DNA from: Candidatus Aenigmatarchaeota archaeon
Lineage (GTDB): Archaea; Aenigmatarchaeota; Aenigmatarchaeia; JACPZZ01
Reading direction: 5' to 3'
Length of the DNA: 54,754 bases
Assembly: GCA_016177205.1 (NCBI GenBank)
Contig: JACOVS010000039.1
Span: forward strand, 1-54,754
Shown in pieces: positions 25,700-34,768 of this stretch. Positions within the stretch are counted from its first letter, which is position 1, and every line of letters starts with the position of its first letter. The notes under the pieces were generated by a model. That model did not search any database. It was not told the origin of the DNA and worked only from the letters and a program-made list of their open reading frames with translations. A program made the position numbers and the translations under genes.

Positions 25700-26445
25700 A
25701 CGGGAAAAAAACAAAGTCTTTGATAAACAGGATGACAAAAAAATATCCGGCTGTTGTCAAATCCATCTGGATGACCCCCTCTTCTGAAAAGGGCGAGGGC
25801 GACACGGTTATATTCCTTCTCGATGACACTAACCAGGTGGATTCCATAACAACTAACGAAATAAAGCTGGAGGCGCAAAAAATATCAAAAGCACTCAAGC
25901 TTCGCGGCAGGACTGGCCTGGTATTTTACAAGTTATCCGATTACTGGGAACTGGTCCGGCACGGCTCGCCCGTGACGTTCACGGAGATACGCGAGGGCAT
26001 TCCGTTATACGACCCGTCAGGCTTCTTTCTGCCGCTAAAAAAACTTTTGGTGGACGGGCGCGTGCCCGGCACAAAAGAGGCCATGAAATCGCTGATACAA
26101 CAATCCCCTCTGCGGCTGCTGCGTATAGAGCGCACGCACATGGTTTCAATAATGGACGCGCTGTCGTCCGCCGTCGTCGACGCAGCGCAAGCTCCTTTGA
26201 TGTCCGTTGGTGTGTCGCCGCCGGCGCCGAAAAAAGTGCCGGAACAATTGCGCATACATTTTGTCCGGAAAAGAAAATTGCCCCCCGAGTATGTGAAATA
26301 TTACGAGGACGTGATAAAAACCTGGAAGCTGCTGGAACACGGAGAATTGAAAGTCGTCGCGCCGGAAAAAATTGACGAGCTGGTTGAAAAGGCGACGCGT
26401 TTTGTCATTAAAATGGAAGAGCTTATGCAGAAGATAGGAAAATAA
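25696..26445 (+). CDS. degenerate MNT-HEPN fusion, short form
   Basis: aligns with its neighbour (LSDYWELVRHGSP, PLYDPSGFFLPL, GRVPGTKE) but lacks GS and DxD; ATGA overlap. Confidence 0.8.
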   Translation: MNGKKTKSLINRMTKKYPAVVKSIWMTPSSEKGEGDTVIFLLDDTNQVDSITTNEIKLEAQKISKALKLRGRTGLVFYKLSDYWELVRHGSPVTFTEIREGIPLYDPSGFFLPLKKLLVDGRVPGTKEAMKSLIQQSPLRLLRIERTHMVSIMDALSSAVVDAAQAPLMSVGVSPPAPKKVPEQLRIHFVRKRKLPPEYVKYYEDVIKTWKLLEHGELKVVAPEKIDELVEKATRFVIKMEELMQKIGK

Positions 26446-26446
26446 T

Positions 26447-26932
26447 CTATTTGGCGTTCCAGTCAACAGTTTTTCCCTTTGATTTTGCAAGGGCTTCCAA
26501 TTCTTTTTTAAGGTCTTCAACCCGTTCTTTGTGGTGCCCAAACTCTTCTGCTATGTCCGTGGGCATGCCTGGCCCGGTGAAATACCCCACCTGACCCTCT
26601 ATGTCCTTTATCGCTCTTCTTGCTGCCGGGCTGGCTTTTCCTCCGCGGGAAATTCTTTCCATCTCATCGTTTACCTTTTGGTATCCGTCGCTTATTTCCC
26701 TCTGCGCGTCGCCTAAGATTGTTTTGGTAAGAATGTCCATCTTTGTTTTGGCGCCTTCGTAAAAACTTTCCATAGCGGTGCCCGCGTAATCCTCTTCTTT
26801 AGGTATCATGCTTTTTGCGTGCTTCATTTCATTGAAAGCTGATGCGTACCTGCCTTGGGCCGCACTGCTTTGTGCTGCGGAAAGGGCTCTATTTATGGCT
26901 TCCAGTTTACGCTCGTAATTTTCCTTAACCAT
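26447..26932 (-). CDS. alpha-helical hypothetical protein
   Basis: helical composition; N-terminus resembles 26969..27646 (Y...L.AI/Y...I.AI). Confidence 0.65.
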   Translation of the reverse strand: MVKENYERKLEAINRALSAAQSSAAQGRYASAFNEMKHAKSMIPKEEDYAGTAMESFYEGAKTKMDILTKTILGDAQREISDGYQKVNDEMERISRGGKASPAARRAIKDIEGQVGYFTGPGMPTDIAEEFGHHKERVEDLKKELEALAKSKGKTVDWNAK

Positions 26933-26968
26933 GATTAAAAAAAGCTTTACAAGGTTAAATTAGTTAGC

Positions 26969-27646
26969 TCAGTAGAATTTCCTTTTCTTTATCGCCTTGG
27001 TGTGTTTTTTCTGTTCCCTCTCCCACTCCTTGTTGGTTTTCCTGATGTCGGCGTTGTCCACGTTTTGCCTGTGTCTGGCTTCCTCTACGTCTATGTGCGA
27101 GCTGGCGGTATCGAACGAGTCTCTTGCCTCGATGAAAAAGCTATCGTCTGCGGCACGGTCGTACAGGCCCTGGTTCCTAAGTTCATCTCTGATTCTTGCC
27201 ACATACCTTGTTTGGTCCGCGACCGTCTGCCTGGCGTTATCCATGTCTTTTTTGACTGCAGTTGCGGAAACCCTTGGCATCATTCCGAACCTTGCCTCGT
27301 ACCTGGTCCGCTCTTTGTTTATGGTCGCCTTCAATGAGCCTACCCTCGAATCCACGTCTTTCACAACGCCTTCGACCACCTTTCTTGCATAACCCCTGAT
27401 CTCCTGTTTCAGGTTTTTGACAGCGTCCTCAAGCCTTGCATACCTCGCAGCCTCGACGGGTTCGGCTGATACGGCTTTTCTGTAAGAATCGAAAGTTGTC
27501 TCGGCCCGCCTGAATTGGTCTGCTGCAGCTGTTAAAACCCGGACTGGTTCAACCCGCTTTCCGTCAACTTTACCTGTGCTGATGATGGCCCTGCCGGATT
27601 CTATCGCATTGATAGCCGCTTGGTAATCGTTGGCGCCCGCAACCAT
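26969..27646 (-). CDS. alpha-helical basic protein, paralog of 23858..24544
   Basis: LKQEIRGYARKV vs LEKEIRGYARGV; Lys-rich tail. Confidence 0.7.
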   Translation of the reverse strand: MVAGANDYQAAINAIESGRAIISTGKVDGKRVEPVRVLTAAADQFRRAETTFDSYRKAVSAEPVEAARYARLEDAVKNLKQEIRGYARKVVEGVVKDVDSRVGSLKATINKERTRYEARFGMMPRVSATAVKKDMDNARQTVADQTRYVARIRDELRNQGLYDRAADDSFFIEARDSFDTASSHIDVEEARHRQNVDNADIRKTNKEWEREQKKHTKAIKKRKFY

Positions 27647-27661
27647 GGTATCTAAAATTAA

Positions 27662-28420
27662 TTAGGCGCGCACGTATTTAAACAATTCCAGAAACTCTTC
27701 TTCGGCAAAATGCAGGTTTCCGGGAATTATCAAAACCGCGGGCAGTCCGTAACCGTCTTTTAGCAGCTCTTCAATTTTGCCGTAAACGATTCTAGATTTC
27801 CCGGAACCCAGAAGGCTCATCACAACTATTTTACGCCCCCTGAGCAGGTTTTCCGTGTCCAGTTTTTCCAATATTTGTAAAGCCTCTTCAGCCAGCAGGT
27901 TTTTGTTGTTTTCAACGTCAATGTCCAGGAGCAGCAGCGTGTGCAAGCCCAGCGACAAGTTTCCTTTTATCGCGCCATAAACCGATTCCGGCAACACGCC
28001 GCCTGTTTTTTCAGGCAGCGGTATTGTTACAGTCTTGCCGAACTTGTAAATCTGCAGCCCGCATTCCGCGACAGCTGTGAAAATGGACGATGCGTGAATT
28101 ACGCGCGTTTCAACGCCCGCTTTTGCCGACTGCGTTAAAAGGTCCGGGTGTGTCGTCGCAGCTAGCGGGTCGCCCTGGATTAAAAAACAAACCCTCTTTG
28201 ACCGGGCTTCGTCTATGATCCTGCCCGAGCGTTCTTCAACATCCCTTCTTTTCAAAATAACAACATCCTTCCCTGACAGTTCTTCAAGCCTTTCCACGCT
28301 GCCGTTCCAGAGTCCGGTATACAGCTCTGCGTAGACAACGTCCGCCCGTTTGACCTCCTCAATCCCCTTTAGCGATATATCCGTCTCGTCCCACAAGCCC
28401 AAGCCTACCAGGGTTAACAC
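27662..28420 (-). CDS. dph5: diphthine synthase
   Basis: LVGLGL.DE.DISLKG, YAELYT, GDPLAATTH, GLQIYKFGKTVTIP, GLHTLLLLDI, IIPG.LHF.E. Confidence 0.95.
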   Translation of the reverse strand: MLTLVGLGLWDETDISLKGIEEVKRADVVYAELYTGLWNGSVERLEELSGKDVVILKRRDVEERSGRIIDEARSKRVCFLIQGDPLAATTHPDLLTQSAKAGVETRVIHASSIFTAVAECGLQIYKFGKTVTIPLPEKTGGVLPESVYGAIKGNLSLGLHTLLLLDIDVENNKNLLAEEALQILEKLDTENLLRGRKIVVMSLLGSGKSRIVYGKIEELLKDGYGLPAVLIIPGNLHFAEEEFLELFKYVRA

Positions 28421-28472
28421 AGCTATCAGTTGTCCGACAAACCTTAAATGGGGTAAGAATTGTATATTAAAT

Positions 28473-28931
28473 ATGGAATGGCTCCGCGCCGCGCACAGGC
28501 TGCTTCACCGGGAACACCTAGTGTGGACAATGACGCCCAAAGCCAATGTCGCAATAGCGCTGCTTGCCGCCCTGTTTTTCCTGAAATCCACAACCTTGTA
28601 CCCGCAGGCTGGCACCCTGATCTACGCCGGTTTTTTGCTCGGTGTGTCCGTGGGCTTCTTTTTTGGAGCCTACTGGCACCACGCGTTTTCAACGCATTGG
28701 AATTTTTACCGCAGGTTCTACAACGCCGGGACAAAAGCCAAGGACAGGCTGAAAATGCTGGCCGAAAAGATAGACTATGAAATTCCCGGTTACATAGCCG
28801 CCGTAATCTTCGGTTTTGTGCTTGTCTACGTGTCGTTAAGCGGGTTTGTCTGGCTGTCGTCCGGCATGTTCTTCGGTTTTATTTTCGGCGGGTCGATCGC
28901 GTTGGCAATCGTTTTAAAGTATCTGGAATGA
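28473..28931 (+). CDS. membrane protein (about 4 TM)
   Basis: hydrophobic segments; ATG at 28473. Confidence 0.65.
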   Translation: MEWLRAAHRLLHREHLVWTMTPKANVAIALLAALFFLKSTTLYPQAGTLIYAGFLLGVSVGFFFGAYWHHAFSTHWNFYRRFYNAGTKAKDRLKMLAEKIDYEIPGYIAAVIFGFVLVYVSLSGFVWLSSGMFFGFIFGGSIALAIVLKYLE

Positions 28932-28956
28932 GTTTGTTGCTCTCCCGCCAAGAAAA

Positions 28957-29322
28957 TCATTTCACAAATTCCACGTTGTCCATCCCCTTGAATGCTTTAT
29001 CCCCTGTCAGGAATTTCATCTCTTCCTCCTTTGCCATAGCGTAGCCTAATGCATCGGCATAGGATAGATTAAGCCTCAAGTTTTCAAGCCTGAATTTAGA
29101 CGCATTAAATATGTGGCCATCGCTTATTTGAATAGCAAACTGCCTAAAACGCTTAAAGCAATTTTTTGCGAAATCCTCGCCGTTGGTTTTCAATAGGTTA
29201 TAGTAAAGTTCGTACAGGTTTTGCAATGATGTGGAAAGATCGCAGTTAATGTATTTCTCATACCTGGGGTTTCCATTAATTATTTCAAACATGGCAAATG
29301 TGTCCAAAAAAAACCTTACCAT
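28957..29322 (-). CDS. vapC: PIN-domain toxin
   Basis: FFLDT..E, ELY, LSYAD, LTGD; start overlaps the antitoxin stop. Confidence 0.9.
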   Translation of the reverse strand: MVRFFLDTFAMFEIINGNPRYEKYINCDLSTSLQNLYELYYNLLKTNGEDFAKNCFKRFRQFAIQISDGHIFNASKFRLENLRLNLSYADALGYAMAKEEEMKFLTGDKAFKGMDNVEFVK

Positions 29323-29537
29323 CTGCTCCACTCCCTTCTAAGGTCGTTTTTGATTTTTTGGGAGTCCAGCTTATTGTGCTTCAGCGACCCGAAAATCTCC
29401 CTGATAGTGTTCCTTTTACTTATTTCCAACACAACCGTGTCCCCTTCGCGCAGCCCTTTCTGTTTCACAACCTCGCTGGGTATCACAACGCCTAACGAAG
29501 AACCCCACCTCTTCACCGTCGATTGCGTTTCGCCCAT
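29316..29537 (-). CDS. vapB: AbrB/MazE-family antitoxin
   Basis: VKRWGSSLGVVIP..V....L.EGD.V swapped-hairpin motif. Confidence 0.9.
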   Translation of the reverse strand: MGETQSTVKRWGSSLGVVIPSEVVKQKGLREGDTVVLEISKRNTIREIFGSLKHNKLDSQKIKNDLRREWSRW

Positions 29538-29607
29538 AACACCACTAGTTAGATTATATATTAGATATAACTATTTAAGCGTTTGCGTTGTGACGTTCCG
29601 ATAAAAA

Positions 29608-29847
29608 TTATATTATCTCGCCTAGGTTTTCCGCAGTCTCCACAATCGCCCACGAATACACGCACGCCTCGAACGCCAGGAACAAATTTCCTTCTTTTAA
29701 CCAATGCCTGCAATCGTCGCGGTACGCCTCGGCGTTGCGCAGCGCGTCGGAGCCGCCCTTGCTTTTAGCCTCGACAGAGTTCAGCTTTTTATCCAATCGC
29801 TCTAACCACTTGACAACCTCGGCCTTTGGTATGCGGTCGTTGACCAT
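29608..29847 (-). CDS. DUF357 family protein
   Basis: A.AY..D..H.L..G....AF....Y.W pattern; near dph5. Confidence 0.8.
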   Translation of the reverse strand: MVNDRIPKAEVVKWLERLDKKLNSVEAKSKGGSDALRNAEAYRDDCRHWLKEGNLFLAFEACVYSWAIVETAENLGEII

Positions 29848-29976
29848 TCAAATCCTTCCCAGAAACTTTAACACCAGAAACACGCCAGCCAGGAACATTA
29901 ACAGCCAGTAAACAAAGATAAGCTTATTCCGTCCGTTTTTCAGGAAATTTTTTACCGAGTCTGTGGTTATCTCCAT
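29848..29976 (-). CDS. 42-aa single-TM microprotein, absent from the ORF track
   Basis: translated by hand: MEITTDSVKNFLKNGRNKLIFVYWLLMFLAGVFLVLKFLGRI; stop abuts the DUF357 ATG. Confidence 0.55.
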   Translation of the reverse strand: MEITTDSVKNFLKNGRNKLIFVYWLLMFLAGVFLVLKFLGRI

Positions 29977-30073
29977 CAAACTAATTCTGCCAACAAGCTA
30001 AAAAATAAGTAACGTGCTCTGCAAGCGCTTCATCGCACTATATTCTCCGGTGTACGAGTATCTCTTCCGGTGT

Positions 30074-31198
30074 TCAAGCAATCGTGTCTATCCCAAGCTC
30101 GCTTATCCCCAGGGTCGGCGTTGCCGTCCTGGTGACCTGGCCAAGTATATACGGGCTGCTTACCCCTGTTATTATCGTTATTACCTGGACCTTGCCATGG
30201 AAATCCGGTTGGACCCTTGCGCCCCATATTACCTGCGCCGAAGAATCCAAGTGCGAGGATACGATCGCGCCGATCTGGTTTACTTCGGACAATTTGAGGT
30301 CAGGCCCCCCGGTTATGTGTATTAATGCCCCAGACGCGCCCTGGTAGTCAACTTCCAGCAGGGGATTCTGCAACGCCTTTGTTACAGCGTCGCGCGCCCT
30401 GTCTGAACTGTTCGAGAAGCCGAGCCCGATTGCGGCAACGCCGCCCGAGTGCATTATCGCCTTGACGTCGGCGTAGTCCAGATTGACTAACGACGGCAGC
30501 GTTATGGTTTCGGTTATGCCCTTCACCATTCCCGCGATCAGCTCGTCCGCAACAGCGAAAGCCTGTTGTATTGGCAGGTCGCCCGCAAATTCGAGCAGCT
30601 TGTCATTTTCAATGACAATAACCGTGTCGCACGCCTCGCGCAATTTGCCTAATCCGTTTTCGGCTTTCACAATGCGCGCGCCTTCTATTTTAAACGGCAT
30701 GGTCACAACGCCGATAACGATCGCGCCCATCTCCTTGGCTATTTCAGAAACGACCGGCGCAGAGCCTGTTCCTGTTCCGCCGCCCATGCCTGCTGTTAAG
30801 AAGACCAGGTCAGCTCCGGTCAAGGACTCTTTCAGCTGTGTGCGGCTTTCCTCCGCAGCCTTCTTTCCGATCTCCGGATAACCGCCCGCTCCCAAACCTC
30901 TTGTCAGCTCCTTGCCGATCAAAATCTTCTTGTCGGCCTTTATGACCGCTAAATGCTTCGCGTCGGTGTTAAGCGCAACAGTAGACGCGCCCTCAACGCC
31001 CATTTCCGCAAGCCTGTTGATGGAGTTCGTGCCTCCACCTCCGCATCCCACCACAACAATTCTGGCGCGTTTCATGCTAAAACCGAACTCTTGCTCGGTT
31101 ATCTTCTCGTAATCAAAGTTTTTCATGGTAACTCCGGATTCCGCAGAACCATGGCCCGACGCCGTTCCCCGGCTCAGAACCGACTCCAATATTGACAT
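30074..31198 (-). CDS. ftsZ: cell division protein FtsZ (FtsZ2-like)
   Basis: [40 protein letters not shown]-terminal LGID; GGAGGGG RBS before ATG 31198. Confidence 0.97.
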   Translation of the reverse strand: MSILESVLSRGTASGHGSAESGVTMKNFDYEKITEQEFGFSMKRARIVVVGCGGGGTNSINRLAEMGVEGASTVALNTDAKHLAVIKADKKILIGKELTRGLGAGGYPEIGKKAAEESRTQLKESLTGADLVFLTAGMGGGTGTGSAPVVSEIAKEMGAIVIGVVTMPFKIEGARIVKAENGLGKLREACDTVIVIENDKLLEFAGDLPIQQAFAVADELIAGMVKGITETITLPSLVNLDYADVKAIMHSGGVAAIGLGFSNSSDRARDAVTKALQNPLLEVDYQGASGALIHITGGPDLKLSEVNQIGAIVSSHLDSSAQVIWGARVQPDFHGKVQVITIITGVSSPYILGQVTRTATPTLGISELGIDTIA

Positions 31199-31204
31199 AC
31201 AATT

Positions 31205-31440
31205 CCCCTCCTTACATTCCCCAAACAATGGTAGACCAGCCTAAGCTTGTTAAGCCAGTCAATACAGGAAACAAAAGTTTCCCTGCATAGGCTGATAGAC
31301 AGCCTATACGTGCAAAAAATTATCCAGTTTGCCGTTCCTGCCGCACAAACGGGATAGGTTACCGCATCCCGTATTAGTGCAAACAAAAAAACCGGCGTAG
31401 CCGAACGCCATTTACACAAGGAGCTAATTCTCCCTAATTG
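31205..31440 (-). ncRNA. candidate structured 5' leader RNA of ftsZ
   Basis: six or more consecutive hairpins with G-U pairs on the minus strand, between a TATA-like box and the RBS. Confidence 0.45.
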
Positions 31441-31459
31441 ATAATAATTAGTGAAACTG

Positions 31460-31470
31460 TTATATAAACT
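31460..31470 (-). promoter_or_regulatory. TATA box with purine-rich BRE for the ftsZ leader
   Basis: minus strand reads GGAAAAAG-TTTATATAA. Confidence 0.5.
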
Positions 31471-31522
31471 TTTTCCGCCGTAGCCCTTGGTTTTCGCGGG
31501 ATTGCGCGCATTTCACGATTTT

Positions 31523-33187
31523 CTACGACCTGCGCAAAATCGCAAACTGTGTTTCTTTTACGAACTCCTCAAGGTTCACGTCGTAGTTTGTTTTCCCATC
31601 CCTGCTGCGGATGGCAATGGTTTTCTTTTCCTCCTCCTTGTCGCCGATCACGACAGCATAAAAAACTTTTTGCAAAGAAGCGCTGCGAATCTTATACTCC
31701 AATGTATGGTTTTCATAATCGCCTTCCACCCTGATTCCAGCCGCGGCCAGCGCGGCAACAGCCTTTTTTGCGTATCCTACGTTGTTGTCGGTTATCGGCA
31801 AAACTTTGACCTGCACCGGAGATAGCCACAACGGGAACGACCCGTTGTAATGCTCGGTTAATATCCCTAAAAATCTCTCTACGCTTCCGTATATCGCGCG
31901 GTGTATCATTATCGGCGTGGCGTCCTTGCCGCTGGCGTCGGCGTACGCAACGGAAAACCTTTGCGGCATAAAAAAATCAACCTGTATAGTACCGCACTGC
32001 CACGTTCTCCCGAGCGAGTCCTTGATATGGAAATCTATCTTCGGCCCGTAGAACGCCCCGTCACCCGGGTTGGTCTTGTAATTCAGGTTTCGCTTCTTCA
32101 GCACGTCCTCCAGGGCTTTTTCGGCCTTGCTCCAAAACTCGTCCGACCCTATCGAATTCTCCGGCCTTGTTGAAAGCTCGACGCGGAAATCAAAGCCGAA
32201 CTGGTTGTAAAACTCTTCGACCAGGCCCACGACCTTTGTTAGCTCTTCTTCCAGCTGGTCAGGCCGTACGAACAGGTGCGCGTCGTCCTGCGTAAACTCG
32301 CGCACGCGGAACAGCCCTCCCAGCACACCGCTTAACTCGTTCCTGTGTATGATGCCGAACTCTGATACCCGCAACGGCAGTTCGCGGTAGCTTCGCCTGC
32401 TGTTTTTAAAAAATAATATCGCGCCCGGACAATTCATCGGCTTCATTGCGTACTGGGCGTCCTCGGTTTCGGTGAAAAACATGCCGTCCTTGTAGTGATC
32501 CCAGTGCCCGCTCTGCTCCCACAGGCTCTTCTTCATGATTATCGGTGTCATTATTTCCACGTAACCCGCGGCGGCCTGCTTCTCCCGTGAGAACTTTATC
32601 AGCTCATTCCTCAAAACCATGCCGCCCGGGTGGTACAGCGTCATGCCTGGCGCCTCTGGTTGGAAACTGAACAAATCAAGTTTTTGGCCTAAAACCCTGT
32701 GGTCGTTGTCCGGTAACTCAACAGGCTGTTCCCCGACTTTCTTAATCTCAACCTTGGCAGCCTCTTTTACAGCAGGCTTGCCTGTGAAAGAGCGGGACAT
32801 CTCAGCCATCGGATGGCCTTTAACGCTGATAGTTAAGCGCTTGTTCCAGCCAAACGGCGCGTGGTTAACGTCCAAACCAAGCTCCTTGGCGCGCTTCTCC
32901 ATCTCAAGTATCAGATCCATCGCGTCAAACGGCGCTGCCAGGTTTGAACTTAGGTGCGCATACGGGTAGATCAACAGCCTGCCCACTTTCAGCCGCCCCA
33001 TGAACTTGTGGACGTCTTCAACCGCCCATCTGGCCGTCTCTTTCGTGTCGCCCTTCTCAACCGCTGTCAAGACAGCCAGGACATCATTGAAAGAGTATTT
33101 CTTCAGCTCAACCTCTTCAGCCTGCTTTATCTCTTTTTTAACAGGCTCGTACTCGATGTTGTCGCAATGCAACTGCAGTATTTTCAT
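31523..33187 (-). CDS. thrS: threonine--tRNA ligase: archaeal editing domain plus bacterial-type catalytic core
   Basis: MKILQLH, YPYAHLS, APFGW.K, GHP editing domain; DHR.LG, SGHW, KPMNCP, FTQDDAH, GAFYGPKID, IHRA..GS.ERF. Confidence 0.97.
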   Translation of the reverse strand: MKILQLHCDNIEYEPVKKEIKQAEEVELKKYSFNDVLAVLTAVEKGDTKETARWAVEDVHKFMGRLKVGRLLIYPYAHLSSNLAAPFDAMDLILEMEKRAKELGLDVNHAPFGWNKRLTISVKGHPMAEMSRSFTGKPAVKEAAKVEIKKVGEQPVELPDNDHRVLGQKLDLFSFQPEAPGMTLYHPGGMVLRNELIKFSREKQAAAGYVEIMTPIIMKKSLWEQSGHWDHYKDGMFFTETEDAQYAMKPMNCPGAILFFKNSRRSYRELPLRVSEFGIIHRNELSGVLGGLFRVREFTQDDAHLFVRPDQLEEELTKVVGLVEEFYNQFGFDFRVELSTRPENSIGSDEFWSKAEKALEDVLKKRNLNYKTNPGDGAFYGPKIDFHIKDSLGRTWQCGTIQVDFFMPQRFSVAYADASGKDATPIMIHRAIYGSVERFLGILTEHYNGSFPLWLSPVQVKVLPITDNNVGYAKKAVAALAAAGIRVEGDYENHTLEYKIRSASLQKVFYAVVIGDKEEEKKTIAIRSRDGKTNYDVNLEEFVKETQFAILRRS

Positions 33188-33227
33188 GGCTAACCCTAGT
33201 GTATTAGGTGGGAAGTTTTATTATTCT

Positions 33228-34676
33228 TTAACTTCCAGCAGAATTAATATTAAACTGGCTGGTCAGTTCTTTTGCCGCGGCACGGATTTCTTCAACAGTC
33301 CTCTTCTCAGTTATCGCCCGGCCTACTATCCCATGCCAGTTGTCGCCAGCGACTTTTACCGCGTCTGATATCCTGCCGCCCTGCTCGACCAGCCCGGGAG
33401 ACGCAAACACAGGCTCAATGCCGGTCCCTTCGATAAGTTCACGGTAATGCGCTATCCTGTCGACCTTGTTTCCAGGCACAATAAAATGGTTAACGCCCTG
33501 CCTGGCAGCCATCAAAAACATTTCATCCAGGGCTTCGTCCGATATGTAACCGCCCTCGCTCCTCTTAAACCTCGGGTGCGTCATCTCCGCGCCCACAAAA
33601 ACCGTCAATCCCTGCTGCAACGCCTCACCTGTCCACGCAACCTGCGTTCGCGGGCCTGAAAGCGGGAATAATATTACCGCATCGAGCCCGGCCGCCTTCA
33701 GGTCTTTCATAAACTGTTTGGCTGTATTGGGAATGTCTGTACCCCCTTTCTGGTGGTCGTATATCAGGGGTTTTTTGGTGTGTTTTCTCGCAGCCTCAAC
33801 CCAGCGCTCCCAGCCCTTTCTTCCGGCGTGCGCGGGTATCTTGTAACCGCCTATGCGCGGGATGTCCGCAGTCGCTTCCACCAGCGGTTCGAAAGCCTCG
33901 TAAGGTACGTCACACGCTGGTAAGACGGTCCGACCCTCTATCAGTTTGTCGCCGCCAAGCCCGTATTTCTTTCTCACTTCCGCAGTTCCCCACGCGCGGA
34001 AATACAGCTTAAACGCCGCCTCGTCGGCCGGTGACAGCTTGTTGTTTTCTTTTAGCCAGTCAAATATCTCGCTGGCCGTCACGATCGGCTTGTAACGTGT
34101 GCCTTTTTCGCTGGCGAACTGTTCTATCGCAACCTCGCCGTCTTCGTTGATTTCCTGCCTGTCCACGGCTATGATGCCATAAGGCATTTTGACGCCGTTT
34201 GTTATCCTGCGCATGATTTCGTCCGCCTCGCGCTTAGTCTCGCTTGTCGTAATAACATCATCCACGGGAAGAATCACCGAACCGTCCGGAACAAGGCTCC
34301 CGACAAGCGTCTCCCTTTGCATTTGTTCCTTTGTCACGCCGGAGCCCGTGGCCTCGCCGTACGTCTTTGCGTCCTTTCTGTAAAACGCCCATCCCTTGTT
34401 TATGCCCATCTCCGCCAGGGCCGCGGATGTCGCTACGACCAAGGGTATGCCTTTGTTCGGTATTCCAAGAAGGACATCAAACTTATCCCCGACCGCGCTT
34501 TTGATGGCTTCCGCGTAATACCTCCCGGCTTTGCTGATCTTTTCGCCGTTATCGAAAGCCCCCACGTTCAGAAAGTACGGGGAATCCCTGCCGCTCTTTG
34601 TCCTGAAAGGCCCGCCGATTTTCAGGGCTTCCGTGTCGAGAAGAAACTGGATAAACTGCGCTTTGTACGGCTCCAT
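33228..34676 (-). CDS. pyrE: orotate phosphoribosyltransferase-OMP decarboxylase fusion (UMP synthase-like)
   Basis: KSGR.SPYF.N, RK..K.YGE, VDDVIT (PyrE); ACD, GYK, DHQKGGTDIPNT, SPG...QGG, IVGRAI (PyrF-like). Confidence 0.9.
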   Translation of the reverse strand: MEPYKAQFIQFLLDTEALKIGGPFRTKSGRDSPYFLNVGAFDNGEKISKAGRYYAEAIKSAVGDKFDVLLGIPNKGIPLVVATSAALAEMGINKGWAFYRKDAKTYGEATGSGVTKEQMQRETLVGSLVPDGSVILPVDDVITTSETKREADEIMRRITNGVKMPYGIIAVDRQEINEDGEVAIEQFASEKGTRYKPIVTASEIFDWLKENNKLSPADEAAFKLYFRAWGTAEVRKKYGLGGDKLIEGRTVLPACDVPYEAFEPLVEATADIPRIGGYKIPAHAGRKGWERWVEAARKHTKKPLIYDHQKGGTDIPNTAKQFMKDLKAAGLDAVILFPLSGPRTQVAWTGEALQQGLTVFVGAEMTHPRFKRSEGGYISDEALDEMFLMAARQGVNHFIVPGNKVDRIAHYRELIEGTGIEPVFASPGLVEQGGRISDAVKVAGDNWHGIVGRAITEKRTVEEIRAAAKELTSQFNINSAGS

Positions 34677-34768
34677 TTAGATCTTAGTTTAATAACAATG
34701 TCAGATATTTATGCTCTTTTTGCCTTCCTTTTTAATCGCTTAGGTCAATTAATCAAACAGGCAAATTG

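Noticed and set aside
31205..31440. SRP RNA, RNase P RNA or cdrS gene; also the 81-aa ORF 31174..31419
   Set aside because: No SRP helix-8 or RNase P P4 motifs were found; the ORF lacks ribbon-helix-helix features and overlaps the ftsZ start.
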